Below, in pieces: positions 62,916 through 64,000 of a stretch of 64,000 nucleotides of DNA (the first letter of the stretch is position 1; every line of letters begins with the position of its first letter). Both the position numbers and the translations under genes were made by a program. This DNA is from Mobula hypostoma. Its lineage: Eukaryota. Below the pieces are notes generated by a model. That model was not told the DNA's origin and did not search any database. It saw only the letters and a program-made list of their open reading frames with translations. The stretch covers positions 93,188,001 to 93,252,000 of the forward strand of contig NC_086108.1 of NCBI RefSeq assembly GCF_963921235.1, written 5' to 3'.

Positions 62916-64000
62916 TTGAATGGGTTTTGAGCAATGAGGAAGGGTTAATTAGCAATCTTGTTGTGAGAGGCCCCTTGGATAAGAGTGACCATAATATGGT
63001 GGAATTCTTCATTAAGATGGAGAGTGACATAGTTAATTCAGAAACAAAGGTTCTGAACTTAAAGAGGGGTAACTTTGAAGGTATGAGATGTGAATTAGCT
63101 AAGATAGACTGGCAAATGACACTTAAAGGATTGATGGTGGATATGCAATGGCAAACATTTAATGTTTGCATGGATGAACTACAACAATTGTTCATCCCAG
63201 TTTGGCAAAAGAATAAATCAAGGAAGGTAGTGCACCCATGGCTGACAAGAGAAATTAGGGATAGTATCAATTCCAAAGAAGAAGCATACAAATTAGCCAG
63301 AGAAAGTGGCTCACCTGAGGACTGGGAGAAATTCAGAGTTCAGCAGAGGAGGACAAAGGGCTTAATTAGGAAGGGGAAAAAAGATTATGAGAGAAAACTG
63401 GCAGGGAACATAAAAACGGACTGTAAAAGCTTTTATAGATATGTAAAAAGGAAAAGACTGGTAAAGACAAATGTAGGTCCCCTACAGACAGAAACAGGTG
63501 AATTGATTATGGGGAGCAAGGACATGGCAGACCAATTGAATAATTACTTTGGTTCTGTCTTCACTAAGGAGGACATAAATAATCTTCCAGAAATAGTAGG
63601 GGACAGAGGGTCCAGTGAGATGGAGGAACTGAGCGAAATACATGTTAGTAGGGAAGTGGTGTTAGGTAAATTGAAGGGATTGAAGGCAGATAAATCCCCA
63701 GGGCCAGATGGTCTGCATCCCAGAGTGCTTAAGGAAGTAGCCCAAGAAATAGTGGATGCATTCATGATAATTTTTCAAAACTCATTAGATTCTGGACTAG
63801 TTCCTGAGGATTGGAGGGTGGCTAATGTAACCCCACTTTTTAAAAAAGGAGGGAGAGAGAAACCGGGGAATTATAGACCGGTTAGCCTAACGTCGGTGGT
63901 GGGGAAACTGCTGGAGTCAGTTATCAAAGATGTGATAACAGCACATTTGGAAAGTGGTGAAATCATCGGACAAAGTCAGCATGGATTTGTGAAAGGAAAA
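62916..64000 (+). mobile_element. Young CR1 LINE running off the window end
   Basis: SDHNMVEF, PWLTREIRDSI, KSPGPDGLHPRVLKE, NYRPVSLTSVVGK, SQHGFVKG. Confidence 0.93.

Noticed and set aside
1..64000. CRISPR array, prophage or bacterial operon
   Set aside because: No regularly spaced repeats or dense gene packing; recurring short repeats are LINE tails and microsatellites.

Overview
Eukaryotic (vertebrate) non-coding DNA dominated by transposable elements; no bacterial-type genes, rRNA, tRNA genes or CRISPR arrays are visible. The repeat mix suggests a cartilaginous fish such as a ray or shark (inference): abundant CR1 LINEs, Penelope-like elements (PLEs), fish-type L1, Rex1/Babar, RTE, R4/Dong-like and Hero-like LINEs, V-SINEs, Tc1 and hAT/Charlie. 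Nearly all long ORFs are TE-derived and I cannot name a host gene; only weak candidate exons exist. Four structures stand out. (1) A minimal hammerhead-ribozyme motif sits in the 3' repeat of about 14 PLE copies and is intact at 27203-27240. (2) Two PLE insertions have both 3' ends pointing outward between target-site duplications (TSDs), one of them interrupted by a 5-kb L1. (3) A 191-bp tract is about 96% identical between two otherwise about 80% identical inverted CR1 copies 25.5 kb apart, suggesting gene conversion or an inversion breakpoint. (4) An L1 is flanked by a 207-bp duplication rather than a short TSD. Boundaries were read by eye and are approximate unless a TSD or terminal inverted repeat (TIR) is quoted.
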